Shown: one piece after another, positions 12,056 through 25,430 of the stretch
Numbering within the stretch: the first letter of the stretch is position 1
Layout of the letters: the number at the start of each line of letters is the position of its first letter
Source of the DNA: Stegostoma tigrinum
Taxonomy: Eukaryota
Length of the DNA stretch: 64,000 bases
Direction: 5' to 3'
Assembly: GCF_030684315.1 (NCBI RefSeq)
Contig: NC_081400.1
Coordinates: forward strand, 3,341,795 to 3,405,794
Made by a program: the position numbers and the translations under genes
Notes under the pieces: model-generated
Databases searched by the model: none
What the model saw: only the letters and a program-made list of their open reading frames with translations
What the model was told of the DNA's origin: nothing

Positions 12056-15000
12056 TGTTAGGGGCCAGTTCAAATCCCCTCAAAATATTTAGAAGATAGC
12101 CTAGACCACCATTCTTTCTTATTTTAAAGGTAAATGTAAGGTGTTGCATTCCAGATGCAATTCAATTGGTCAGACTACTGGGTTTAAAGCTAAATACACT
12201 TTATTGATCAACTATAGTTAAAATACAACAAAAGTAAGATGGATTTGGAATAACAACTCTATAGGAAAACTTAACAGAATAATAGATTCAGTAGCTATTG
12301 CTATTTATCTGTTCCTTACAGTAGCATCCTGGCAAAAGGCAAATTCAGAAAACAGATTGTCTCACATGCAACATCAGCAGTAGGAAGAGAGTCCACAGCT
12401 TCTGGCTGTGACTGAGAAAGGGAAAAAATAGCTTCTGCTTCTTCAAGGCCCCAACTGCAACAGTTGAAAATTAAAACTTAAGTTCCTGGTTCTGTGAGAG
12501 TTGACCATACCCATTCAGGCTACTTTGATTATGTCAACTTTTAAAAAAGACCTGAAAACCTCCGAAGCTGTTTACTTTAGTGGGTCTGGTAGAATGCCCG
12601 CCCACCCTGCCTTAAAATATTGTTTAAAAAATCAGGGCAAATAACCTTTTAAAACCACTATATTATCACACTTCCCTCCCCACCTTTAGAAAAATGAACC
12701 ATCAATATGCAAAGATGGCTACATTTTTAAAAGCTTTTCTTATTGTGCTTTATTAAACAATACATTTACTCCAACCATACAAATGTTTGCTACTACAGTT
12801 TATTTCAGTCCGCATTTTTCTGCCACCAAACTTGCCTGTCTGTCCTCATCAAAAACACAACAGTGCGTGGGAAGTTATGGTCTCTTGTCCTGCCATATGT
12901 GTAAATTTCAAATTGAATGGCTGAAATAATCAGCTCCATCTAACAAGTCTGGAATTTTTGCCCTTAAATTTCCCCAAAAGCTTTCGGAGGTTATGATCAT
13001 TATATGCAGTTGGCTCTGTCACATTCCTGGCAATAAAAATGTTACAATGCCAACATTGAGCTCAATGTCTCCTTCTCAATCGTGGAATATTTCTGTGGAT
13101 GATAATTCAATTTTCTGGGAAATACCTCTCATTGTCTTCTTGCAAGAGCACAGCACCAACATTGCTCGCATCGAGAGCCTTGAATGGCTTTGCATAATTA
13201 GCCGTGGCCAGCACTGTGGCAAGTGGTTAGGATGCCTTTCAGACTGCAGATGTCTTCTGGCACTCCTCAGTCCACTGAAAGTTGCTGCTGTTCTTCACTA
13301 AGTCATTGTGAAGTAACCACATTGCTAAAAGTTTGTATGAACTTCTGATAGAAAAAAAAAACTCAATCCCAGGAATCATAGTACTGCCCTCTTCAATGTT
13401 GGTATGGGAAATTTCCAATAATCATTGTTTTCACATGCCATGGGGACATTTGACCACGTCCAATGCCATGGCCCAGGAACTGATTTGGGCTTTGGTGAAC
13501 TCACTCTTAGCTAGATTTATCACCAGGCCTGCTTCCCGAAGTCAATTGAACAATTCTGATAGATACTGCAAATATTCCTTCCGTTTGTGACTCAAAAATC
13601 ACGAGGGGGTCAATGTACACCACACAACTGGGTAATCCTGAAATGACTGATATAAAAAGAACTGTAAGATGCTGGAATCAGAGATGATAAAGTATGGAGC
13701 TGGAGGAACACCGTAGGTCAGGCAGCATCAGTGGGACCTGATCCAAAACATCAGCTTTCCTGTTGCTACGATGCTGCCTGGCCTGCTCCAGTTCCACACT
13801 TCGTAATCCCCAAACATTTATCTTTGAAATGTGTCCAGCACAATTTTCATACCAAATGGCACGGCTTTAAATTGGTACAGTCCATTTGGTGTCACTAAAG
13901 CTGAAATGGTCTTCACTCTTTTAAATAAAGGTACCTGTCAGTATCTTTTCAGTAAGTCCAACTTAGAAACATAAGTTATTTCTCCCACCTTACACCGTCC
14001 AGGCTAGCAAAAATGATTTTGTATTTTAGCTTGAGTTTTCCTTACTCCCAAACGATCTCCCACTGCTAATTAATATGCTAGCCATAACACTTCCTTTCTA
14101 TAACCCACTGATAATGCAACTTGACGAACATCTGCCCATTTCTCACCTGCCTGAATATGTGATGGTCTCCATTTCAGCATTTGAGATGGTAACGTTCTGC
14201 AAATTGCTCAGATTCTTCTGTGTGAGCTTTTTGAAACAACTGCTTTAGTTTTTCATCTTTCAGTTGTAATTAAATTAATCTCTGAGCTGAAAATATCCAC
14301 TTTTTCTTGCACTTGTTTTTGTTTGTTTTTACTCCTCAATCATTTGATCAAACATAGTCTGTGACAAATGAATTTCAACTTCTTTATCTTTAGTCTTTGA
14401 TTTCTCTTCCTGTTGCAGCCTGTGGCATTGTGATCTTATTACCACACAGTCAGGAAAAATCACATGGTATACCTCCTGTGACACCTCAGTTGTCTGATTT
14501 TCTACTGGCTTTTCAACCACAGTAGGCATCACTCCCACCTGTGATCCAGCTATACCATTGCCAAGAATAAAGTGTGTTTCTGGAACTGTGAATTTCCCTA
14601 TTACTCCTTCCACGACTTTTCACCGGACTCTCCAACCACACTTTATATGATAAAACACTGCTCTTCTCACCAAGACTTCCACACATATTACTATCTTTCT
14701 GGCAACAGTTCTTTGGAATTGCATCTCTCCTCATCTCTCACCATCAAAGATTGACTTGCTCCAGTGTCTGTCAAAATTTTAATTTCCTTACCTACTCTTT
14801 CTCACATATGTAAACAAACATTGCTCTCACAAGTAAATTCTTTAAAGAGATCTAGTACTTCCTTCTCACTCAACCCCTGACCATTCTGGTACACATTTTT
14901 AGCTTTTACCATGCTTTTCTTTGTCATTTTAACAAAGCCTACTGGCTTATCTTGTTTCCCCACATGCATCTTCCTAGTGCTTTTTCTAAGGCATCAAAAC

Positions 15001-15574
15001 TGTGACTTGATTTGGCATACTTTATTACAGCAAAAACATCTGAGCTTTTCTACTTCTCTCATTCCCTCTCATAGGTTTCCTTCTTATCCTGTGGTACACT
15101 ATCTTCATTATCTTCAACTAGATCTTCTTTTTTCTTACCACCTCAGGATTTCTCTTTTCCTCAATTTCTATCCCTCACAGACTGAAACCAATATAGGAAG
15201 CCAAGCCCTGATTTATGAGCTGACTCATACTTATGAGCTGACTCATGAAGAAGAGTCTAGGCCCGAAACGTCAGCCTTCCTGCTCCTCTGATGTTGCTTG
15301 GCCTGCTGTGTTCATCCAGCTCTACACCTCATTATGTTGTAGTCATCTGCCATTTCCACTGTTAATCTTGCAGTTTTAACTCCATGCTCTTCCATGTGAG
15401 TTCTCACTAGGTCAGGAAGTGAAATTTTGAATTCCTCCAAAATTATTGTCCCAAGAAAGCGATATGCTTGATTATTTTCAATGCTGCTATCCATCTAGCA
15501 AAGTTACTTTGTTTTATTCTTTCAAACTCAAAGTATGTTTGACCAGGTTCCCTCCTTAGACTTTTTTTAAAGAC

Positions 15575-15848
15575 TCTCTACTGTGTGGAAACAGGCCCTT
15601 CAGCCCAACAAGTCTACACTTCCCCTTGGAGCATCCCACCCAAACCCATCCCCCTATAACTCACACCCCTGAACACTGGGCAATTTAGCACAGCCGATCC
15701 ACCTAGCCTGCACATCTTTGGACTCTCCACGCAGACACGAGGAGAATGTGCAAACTCTTCACAGACAGTTACCTGAGGCTGGAACTGAACCCAGGTCCCT
15801 GGCGCTGTGAAGCTGCATTGCTAACCGCTGACCCACCGTGCCACCCCA
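15575..15848 (-). mobile_element. HE1-like SINE nested in the Gypsy gag
   Basis: tRNA-like head GGCACGGTGGGTCAGCGGTTAGC...GGGTTCAGTTCC. Confidence 0.8.
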
Positions 15849-16829
15849 AATTCTTGAAATGTCATCTGTAGCTTCTGGTATTAGCTCATATGCAGTTATA
15901 GAGTCATGGATTGATACGGCATGGAAACAAGCCCTTTGGCCCAAACTGGTCCATGCTGATCGTGGTGCCCACTCAGCTGGTCCCAGGTGCCTGTATGTGG
16001 TCCATATCCCTCTAAAACCTTCCCATCCATGTATCTATCCAATTTTTTTTAAAAAATGACTTTCTTTACCTCCTCATTCTCTCCAGATATCTCCTCTGAC
16101 AGTGATACAAATGCCTCACTAGCTCTACCTACCAACTTTGTTTGGATCAACAATACCTACATGGTCACTGGCCACTTCATTTGTTTAGCTACTTTCTCAA
16201 ATGAAATGAAAAAAGCTTCTACATCATTTTCGTTGAACTTAGGCAATGCTTGGACATTTTTAAATAGATCCCCATTGGCTATGGTGACTTTGCTCATCAT
16301 CACTAGCCTCCTCACTATGCCTACTTTCTACCTTTGACTTTTAAGTCGATTTTCCTCTTTAAATGCTAACTTCTAAACTTCAAATTCTCTGTCTCACTCT
16401 ACTTTTCCTCTGCCGGGGCCTTCCATTTCTTTTTCTTTTTTCCCTCTGCTTTCAATTGTAATTCAAATTGCATTTCATTTTCACTTCATTTTCTCTGTTC
16501 TGCCAGAGGCTATTTTTTTCCTTGCGCCCCCCCCCCCCCAACCCCTTGCTATTGTGTCTAACTAAAGCTGCTTCATTTACAATTGATATTTAGTCATTTG
16601 CAATTATTCTAATAGCATTCCTGGAGATTAAAAATTCTACGTGAATGGCAAAATTATTGCCCATTTTGTCATAGGCAATGCCAACTCTGACTTTTTTTCC
16701 CCTGCCAATTCTAAAAGCCTTGCCTTGCTCGCTTTTTGTAAAACTGCGAAGTAAACTTTTTCACCCTGTGGAAACTCCACAAGGCACATCCTGTTTAAGC
16801 CAACCAAGTTCAATATGGGGACTCAGTAT

Positions 16830-17142
16830 TAAGACAGTGCCAGAGACTGGGGTTCGATTCCATCGTAAGTCTACCATCTGTGGCGTTTGCACATTCTCCC
16901 CTGTGTGGGTTTCCTCTGGGTGCTCCAGTTTCCTCCCACAGACCAAAAATGTGCAGGCTAGGTGGATTGGCTACACTAAATTGCCTGTAGTGTCCAGAGA
17001 TGTGCAGGCTAGGTAGATTAGCCAAGGGAAATGCAGGGTTACAGGGACAGGATAGAGGGTTGTGTCAGGGTGGGATGATCTTTGGGCGGTTGGTGTGGAC
17101 TGATGGGCTGAATGGCCTGCTTCAACACAGTATATTTTCTAT
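16830..17142 (+). mobile_element. HE1-like SINE
   Basis: ggttcgattcc B-box, tttgcacattctccc body, CR1-type tail. Confidence 0.75.
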
Positions 17143-19096
17143 GAGCACCCAAAATTAAAAAACATGAACACTTATCACTTACTGACTTTGAATGCAGTAA
17201 CCCTAAACCCAGTGATTTTGAGCCCACAGTTTGTAATTGAACAGACCAAACCTTCTGAAAATATTCAGATGATAGTCTAGACCCTAATTTTTCTTAATTT
17301 ACAGGGAAACGTGCGGTGTCCTAGATGCAATTCAGTTGATCAAACTACAGGATTTAAAGCAAGACACACTTTATTCATCCACTATAGTTAAAATACAACA
17401 AACGAAAGAAGGAATTCAAACAACCACTTTATTAGAAACCTTGGCAGAATAATAGATACAGTGATTATTAACTAACTGTTCCAATACAGTAACACACCCA
17501 ATAAACACATCCTTGCCAAGAGGCAAATTCAGAAAACAGATTGTCTCACATGCAGGTCTGGCAGCAGGATGAGAACCCACAGCTTTTGGCTGTAACTGAG
17601 AGAGGGGAGAAATAGCTTCCATTTCTTCAAGATCTCAACAGCAAATGCTGAAAACTAAAACTAAAAATCCTGGTTTGGTGAGAGCTTGATCACATTTTTC
17701 CAGGCTGCGTCTATTGTTATAACTTGAGAATACCCCAAAACCTTAGAATTTGTTTACTCTAGTGGCACTGGTAGACTGCTTGGGATGTCTGCCTTAGCAC
17801 ATCTCTTAAAAAAAAGTCAAAAGGACCTCTTAAACTCATACACTCCCCACCTCACTCTCGTCCCTTTCTTCTCTCTCACAATCTTATTTTCTCTTACACT
17901 GTATCTCCATTTTACCATGCCCTCCCCATTCTTGCTCCCTCCTCCTCTCTCACACTCTCTTATTCTCTCTTACACTGTCTCCATCTCACCATGCCCCCAC
18001 TGCCTCATTCTCACTCTCTCCCTCTCTCACTACATCACCCTGGCTTGACCCTCCTAAGATGCTATTGCTGTATGACTCCTCCTTCCTTCTGTGCTTGCTT
18101 CCCCATATTGAAACTGAAGCAGATTGCACCCAACCTTGCCATCAGACTCAAGTCACGTCACTGTCCTCATGATTTGAGCTCTGTAATTGTAGCTGGTAGA
18201 CCTGTGTGGGACTCAGAGGGTGCAGCGCTGTCAGAGGCGTCGTCTGGCTGGCCTCTGGAGTGAAGCCGAAATACAGTTTCCATTGGGAAGGCAAAGAGGA
18301 TCCAAGGGTAGGGGAGATAACCCCAGCATCAGCCAATGCATATCTGAAAACAGATACCCCTAAGTCATCTTTAGGGGCTAGAGTTGCCTCCCTGGTGATA
18401 CCATTGGTCAAGCAAAGCTGAGGTCAATGATCTTTGTTGTCCACATTAGTTGAAATCCCAGGGCAAAATTAATGAATATATTCATCAGTGAAAGTAGAAT
18501 CTATCCGATTCATAGTGATGAATTACCATTTACTGCCATTAAAAGAAAAAGACCATTTGGGTGCTCATTAATAGAGGCAGGAAATCTGCCTTCCTTATCC
18601 TGGTCTGGGCCTCCAGACCCCCACAGTGATGGGAGGGAGGGATGACACAGAGCTGCCCTCTGAGGTAGCTGAGGGGCAATTAGGGATGGGTCTTGGATGC
18701 TAGGCTAACTGGCGAAAATCCAGTGAAAGAATGAAGTAGGGGTGGGAATAAATTCTGTCAGTGGGATCTTGCTGTGCTTTTACATTTCCCTGATCTCCTT
18801 CTGTTCTTGTTGGCTTTGGCTCACATCTTCCTCTCTCTCCAATCCTCCCTAGATCACTTTAAAGGTAGATATGTTTTTGCTGCGATACTAAACGCATCAA
18901 GGCAGAGCGCGTGATGTTCAGATCATTGGCAGATTGAATGGCAGAGTAGGCTCAAAGGTTAGAATGGCTACCTCCTTCTCCTAGCTTCTGTGTCGCCTTC
19001 TGCATCGCAGTCTGGCTGTTGTTTTGCCTCAGGGATATGGGACTGGCCTAAGAAATGGGGTTTAATGACATGTCGTTGGTTTGTGTTCACCCCTAG

Positions 19097-19243
19097 GTGG
19101 AAGTTCTACTGCTGTGGCAAGTACACCTTGTGTTACGCAAACTGTGTGTGGACCGACTATGTGAATGAGTACAAGGAATACTTCAGCTGGCTTGTCCCAG
19201 AAGGTTTTTACCTCGTGGGGGCTGTACGTTACCATGACAGCGA
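19097..19243 (+). CDS. DERM-domain gene exon (48 codons)
   Basis: cccctag|g WKFYCCGKYTLCYANCVWTDYVNEYKEYFSWLVPEGFYLVGAVRYHDS ga|gtatgt; phase 2/2. Confidence 0.88.
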
Positions 19244-20816
19244 GTATGTATCACCCTCATTGCAATTCTTCTGACTCAACTGTGCACATTCCCCTCTTCT
19301 TGGCATTTTCTTTTCTTTCAAACACGCACACTGTCCCTCTTTTCCTTCCACCCAGATAATAATCTCACCCTGGAGAGAAACTCATGGGCAATCTATACAA
19401 CAGTGAACTCCATCATGACATGAGCAAAACCTGCTCTCTGTCTTCCCCTCGTAGCTTGGTGATAAAATATGTTACAACATGGTGACAGAACCAAATTAGT
19501 CTTTGTATCTATCCATTCATAGTGCAATAAAATTCAAACACTTAAAGACCTCCCAATGGATCGTAACCAGAGTTTTTAAGAATGCCCATCTTGGACTTCA
19601 TCAATGAGCAAATCTCGACACCAGTTGGTATTCCAAACAAAAGAAAAGGGGATTTATTAAGAATGCACACACTTTATTACAGCAAGATGAGTCTCATCTT
19701 GACTCATCCCTGTCTTCTATCAGCATGGTGCCAAACTGGCACTGATGGGCTCTATGCTGATCACAGGAGGTGACGCTTGACAGGGGTTGGGGATTGGATG
19801 AATAAAGGGAGGGTGAGGATAGGCCTTTCGGGGACCTGTTATTGGTGTGAGGTGGACAGTTAAAGATTGTTGCGGTGGGGAATGACCAACAACAAAGTAA
19901 TTATTCTGTGCTACTAACCATATGTTTTCAGCCCCATTCACAGAAATGGCAGGCAGACAAGTGAATAGAGTTAAGGGGTAAGCAATTTAAAAAAAATTTT
20001 TGTGAAGAAGGGTCTAGTCCCAAAACATCAGCCTTCCTGCTCCTCTGATGCTGCTTGGCCTGCTGTGTTCATCCAGTTCTATTCCTTGTTATCTCAGATT
20101 ACTTAACTGGTTTTCTTAGCGCATTGTTCCATAGGTAAAGGATAATGGTTTCTTTGTTGATTTTTTTGACGATGTCTATCAGGGTCCCTTTTACATTTCA
20201 CTCAGATAAAGGCAGTAATATCTATAACTTAAATTTCTATTCTCTGAACTTCCAAAATCTGATAAGGGGGGTTAGACAGGAAACTTTAAATCATCATGCA
20301 GTAGCATTGACAGCAAAGATTCTTTATGTTCACAGATAACACATTCTAAAACTCAATTCAAACTCTGATCACTCTCTGAAAGACTTACCGTCTCCTCCAC
20401 ATGGTCCCAGTTACCATTCAACATCTGCTATCTGCTTGAGCAGAAGGTCTTTTCCAGACTTTCTGGACCAATTGCCAGCAATTGACCTAATTAATGGTCA
20501 TTTACTGCTATGTATTTAAGCATAATGCTCTTCCATGGTGATGAAGCATCTGCAGCACCTTTTGACCAGGAATCAAACCGCAATTACCTTCCAGGAGTAA
20601 ACAAAATATTGTTTGCTCAGTTTTCCTTTCAACACAAGCTGTTATCCACACTCCTAAAGTCACCTTTGCCTCACAATTTGCAGCTTCCTTTCAAATTGGA
20701 TAAAATATTTAAAATAAAAATGACAAAGAATCTTTGCGGGTTCTAGCAGATGGAGATTTCTTCAATGTTCCTGTGGATTAAGTGCCACCCCCTGACATTT
20801 TTGATTTCTCTTACAG

Positions 20817-20877
20817 CAAACGCCGTTGGCAGTATCGATACTGTGCGATGTTTCCCACTGTCCTGCCTACCGTATGA
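20817..20877 (+). CDS. DERM-domain gene terminal exon
   Basis: tttctcttacag|c (D)KRRWQYRYCAMFPTVLPTV-TGA; completes the third R-R-W-x-Y repeat. Confidence 0.82.
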
Positions 20878-20900
20878 TTGCTTCATGGGGCCAAAGTTGC

Positions 20901-20906
20901 AATAAA
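20901..20906 (+). terminator. Polyadenylation signal of the DERM-domain gene
   Basis: AATAAA 24 nt after the stop. Confidence 0.7.
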
Positions 20907-22089
20907 AAGATTGATGAGTCCATTGTAGCTGGCAAGTCCCATCTTGATTTATCCCTGTCACCTCTGCGAATGACACCTCGCTGGCACTGATGGACTCGGT
21001 ATGGACCAGGAGAGGTGGCACTCGACAGGGTTGGGGGAATGGGTGACTGAGAGAAGGAGGATAGGCCATGAAGGGCTGGGGGGCTACTGTCAGTGAGAGA
21101 TGAGCAGTTAGAGATAGTTCCTGCGGGGAAGGACCAAGAGTTATCAGTCGTACTTGGTACCAAAGCACAATAGCCTGTGCCTAATAACTGGTGGATTATA
21201 TCAAACAGTACATCTCTGTCTTTAATCAATACACAGGATACTGATCCAATTCAATAAATGCCTGCAAAACACAGAAAAGCATGCCTAATGTCAGATACGA
21301 GTCCACAGCTGGGCAGAACTAGCTCAGTAACTGCAACTGATCTGTGAATTACACTAGCACCACTTTAAACTTATCATTGAGGCTTGGTAAGTGGTTCATT
21401 TGTGTATGCTTGCTCCACACATGTACCTGGAAAGGGACCTAGCTTCTGCAGTCAAAATGAACATCTCCATCTATTCTGGGGCCATCATATCCTGCCTCTT
21501 ATTTATTCCCCACAGAAGGGCATTTAGAGATGATTGTATCAATAACCAGGCATTGGACCTTATTGTAATCCCTTTTCCTCTTGTGATATAATTATTGCTC
21601 CTTTTGAAATGTGGTATCTTTGTGTCCTGTCCTGATGAATGCAAGATCAAAGTCTTTGACAGCTTCAGTGAGACAGAGAATGATGTCAGATCTAGGGCAC
21701 AGAAAGAGGCCATTCGGCCAACATCAGTGCACACTAGTGACGATGCTCCAATCGAGCCTCCTTGCATCTTTCCTCCTCTCTATTTACCATTGTAACCCTA
21801 TATTTCCTCATGTCTCCCACTTATCTCAATTCCCCACAAGTGCATCAATAGCATTCACTTCATTCCCTCTCAGAGGAAGTTCCACATTCTCACCACACTT
21901 TGAGCTACTTGATTCCATCGGGATAGGAGGAGACCATTCTGCCCTCCAAATCTCTTTGGCCTTTCAATCAAAGATTGAAGCTGACTTGTGTCCCAACTCC
22001 CTCATATTTCCCTGCTTAAACTCCTCACCGAACACAGTCATTACAATGAATTGGGTTGGGTGGTGTGTGGGGAAATAGTGTTCCTCAGA

Positions 22090-22700
22090 AACTAAACAGG
22101 ATCAATCATGTAAATACGGTGGCTCCAAAAACAGGGCGGAAGGTGGAAATGCTGCAATGGGTAACTCACCTCCTGACTCTGCCATAAAAAAATGCAGAAG
22201 TCAGGAGTTTGATGGAATACAACCTACTTGCCTCAAGGTCAACATAACTCTTGAGAAGCTCAGCACCATCCAGGATATAGCAGCCCGTTTGATTGGCACC
22301 ATATGCACAAGCATCAGCTCCCTCCACCACCCATGCTCAGTAGCATCAGTGTGCACCAAATATGAGACAAAATGCAGCAACTCACCAGGGCTCCTTAGAT
22401 AACACCTTCCAAACATACAACCTCTAGCCCTTAAAAGGACAAGAGCAGCAGATACATGGTAACATCTCTATCTGCAAGTTCCTTCCAAGCCTCACATGCG
22501 ACTTGGAAGTATATCTGGCATTCTTTCAGTCTGGTTGGGACAAAATTCTGGCATTCCCTCCTTAACAGCACTCTGGGTGTCCCTCCATACCAGACAGGAT
22601 CTGCGGTGGTTCAAGAAAGTAGCTCACCGCCACTGTCTCAAGGTGGAGCTAGCATTAGATAATGAAAGGTTGCCCAGCCAGCAACGCACATACCCTGAAA
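22090..22700 (+). mobile_element. Old LINE 3' remnant (CR1/L2 group)
   Basis: IQDIAARLIG..SLHH..SVASVCT..KCSNSP peptide; similar remnant at 25630-26090. Confidence 0.5.
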
Positions 22701-23329
22701 GGATAATGCAAACTAAAACTCACATTGAGTTTGTGGAAGCTTGCTGTGCAAAAATTGACTGTCAATTTACCATCATCACAACAGTGACCACAGTACAGAA
22801 AGTAACTCACTGGCAGTAAAGCACATTGGGATGAGCTGAGGTTGTGAGAGGCGCTACATCAATGCAAGCTCTCTGACTTGTTCTGAATGAGCAGTCTGCA
22901 ACTTATCAGGCATGACATCTTGAAGGACTGAGAGTGGAACTGAAAGTCAGAGCAGGACAGATAAGGAAATGTTGTTGACAGCTCCTGACCAACACTAATT
23001 TTAGAAGTTCTTCATTTTCTTTAAGCCACAAATTACTGTAAAGAAAATTGGGTTCTGATAAATATCGAGCTTGGCAAGGGCATGGAGGGAGATTTACTGG
23101 AACCAGGGATGAGGGGATTCAGTTTAAATTTCACTCTCCCTCTCTTTGCACATAAAACCTGTTCATAGATGTAAGTTTGCACATTTCAGTCTCTTTTAAG
23201 AGGCACAGATGCTTGACACGTCCTTCAGCAAAAGGTCATTAGTTTTCAGAAGAGAAAACATACATGATTTCATTGGACCATTTTAGGGGATTTTAAAAGC
23301 ACTTTCCATGAATTAAAAATGTCTTCAAG

Positions 23330-25430
23330 AATAGAGGGATGTACAGAGATGGTGAGGGGTAAGGTGCTGGAGGAGTGAAAGAGAAGTGAGGGATGAAAGG
23401 GCTGGAAGATGGAACAGTTTGGGAAGATTTTGGAGAGTCTGGAGGAAGTTGCAGACAGCATAGAGGCTTTCATAAATACCAGAGATAAGTAAGGATGTAG
23501 GAGCTGGAAGAGGTTTCAGAGATAGGGAGGGCTGTTGATGCTGCGTGAGTTTATGGGGTTGGGGAGGTTTGCAGAGGCTGCAGGAGGTTACTGAGATAGT
23601 GAGGAAATTCGGAGCTGGAGGGGATTCTGATACAGTCATGGAGTTATGCAGCCTGGAAGTGGACCCTTTGGTCCAACTCATCCAGATATGCTAACTTTAT
23701 GTAGTCCCAGTTGCCAGCATTTGGCCTATGTCCTTCTAAATCCTCCCTATTCATGAATCCATTGAAATGCCTTCTAAGTATTGTAATTTTCCCCACCTCT
23801 GTCACTTCCTTTGGCAGCTCATTCCATGTACACAACCTCCCACTGTGTGAAAAAGTTGACCATCAGGACCCTTTTCAGTATTTCCCCTCACCTTAAAACT
23901 ATGCCTTCTAGTTTTTGACTCCATTCCCCTGGGAAAAAAGACATTTGCAATTCATCCTATCCATGCCCCCTATGATTTTATAAACCTCTATAAGATCACC
24001 TCTCAGCTTCTGATCCTCAAGGGAAAACAACCACAGCCTATTCAGCCTCCTCCCTACATCTCAAACCCTTGAAAGCCTGACAACTTTCTTGTGAATCTTT
24101 TTCAAATTCAACGATATATTTCCTCTAGCAGGGAGACCAGAATTGAAAGCAGTATTGTAAAAGTGGCCCTACCAACATTCTGAATAGCTGCAACATGACA
24201 TCGCAACTCCTGTACTCAATGTAGTGATCAATGAAGGCAAGCATGCCAAAGGCCTTTTACAGCACCTTCGCTCCACTTTCTAGGAGCTATGCATGTGCAC
24301 CCCAATGTCTCTTTGTTGAGTTGAAGCACGTTGTAGAGACAGGGAAAGGCATTGGAGTTGCAGGAGGGCATGGACATACAGTGCTATATAGTTCCTGGAG
24401 GACATTTTAGTGATAGGGAGATGTTTCAGCACGGGAGGGGCTTGCAGATATAGGGAGGCTTGTCGGGACTGGAGGAGGTAATAGAGGTAGGGTTGGGTGC
24501 AACGGCTTGAGGAGGCTAAAGAGAGGAGAAGGAATGTATGGGCTGGACGATGTGAGACAGATGCGGAGGACATGGGGGCTAAGTGAAAAGGAGAGGTGCA
24601 GAGGCTGGAGGAGCCGAAAGATTTAAGTAGGGCGTGTATGTGCAGGAGGAGGTGAAAGAGATGGTGAGTGGCATAGGGCTGGCATTGTTTACTGAGGTCG
24701 GGAAACGTGTAGGGACTGGAGCGGGTGACAGAGATAAGGAGGGGTGTAGGGTCTGGAGGAGGCTACAGAGATATGGAAGGGTGTTGGTGCTGTAGTAAGT
24801 GAAAGAGTTAGGGAGGAGTGTGGGGAATGGAGGGGTTTACAGATATACGGAGGGACAGAGGAGCTGGAGGTGGATACAGAGATATAAAGGCGTGTAGGGA
24901 CAAGAGGAGGTGACAGAGATAGCGAGGACCATGGAGGCTGGAGTTGCTTACAGAAATTGGGAGGGGTGACGAAACAGTAGGAGTTAAAAGAGGTAGAGAG
25001 TGGTGTAGTATCTCAGTGAATGGAGGAGTTTACAGAGATATGGAAGATTATAGGGACCTGAGATGCTTAGAACAATAGGGACTAGTGTGAGCACTAGAAG
25101 AGTTGACAAGAAAGAGGGAGGAATGTAGGAGCTGGAGGAAGTGGCAGAGATAGCAAAGCGTATAGGAACTAAAGGAGTGTATGGAGATAGAATGGGATAG
25201 AGAAGTGGGAGAATTTGACAGAATTTGGGAGTGGTGTAGAATCTGGAGGAGATTACAGAGCGAAGGAAGGCCGTGGAGATTGCTGGGGATCACAGAGATA
25301 GGGATGCATGTAGGAACTGGAGAGGTTTATAGAGATAGGGAGCGGTATAGGGGCCGAAGAATGTTACAGTGACAGACAGAGATGTAGGACTGGAGTAGGT
25401 GACAGAGATAGGGAGGGCTCAGCATGGAGG
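23330..25430 (+). repeat. Purine-rich minisatellite array with an embedded minus-strand CR1 fragment (~23640-24320)
   Basis: ggaggaggttacagagataggg units; CR1 WNELP 3' remnant. Confidence 0.8.

Larger units (their letters stand above)
12056..17842 (-). mobile_element. Decayed Gypsy (Gmr1-like) LTR retrotransposon; LTRs 12056-12670 and 17232-~17840
   Basis: Two ~610-bp diverged direct repeats (left TG..CA); PPT 12671-12680; degenerate tRNA-Pro-type PBS 17220-17228; gag AYELIPEA / LEEFK..ADDY; protease LTDTGASQSL ~14770; integrase Zn-domain remnant ~14010-14145 upstream of RT remnant (PFGM ~13850, VYID ~13615). Confidence 0.8.
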
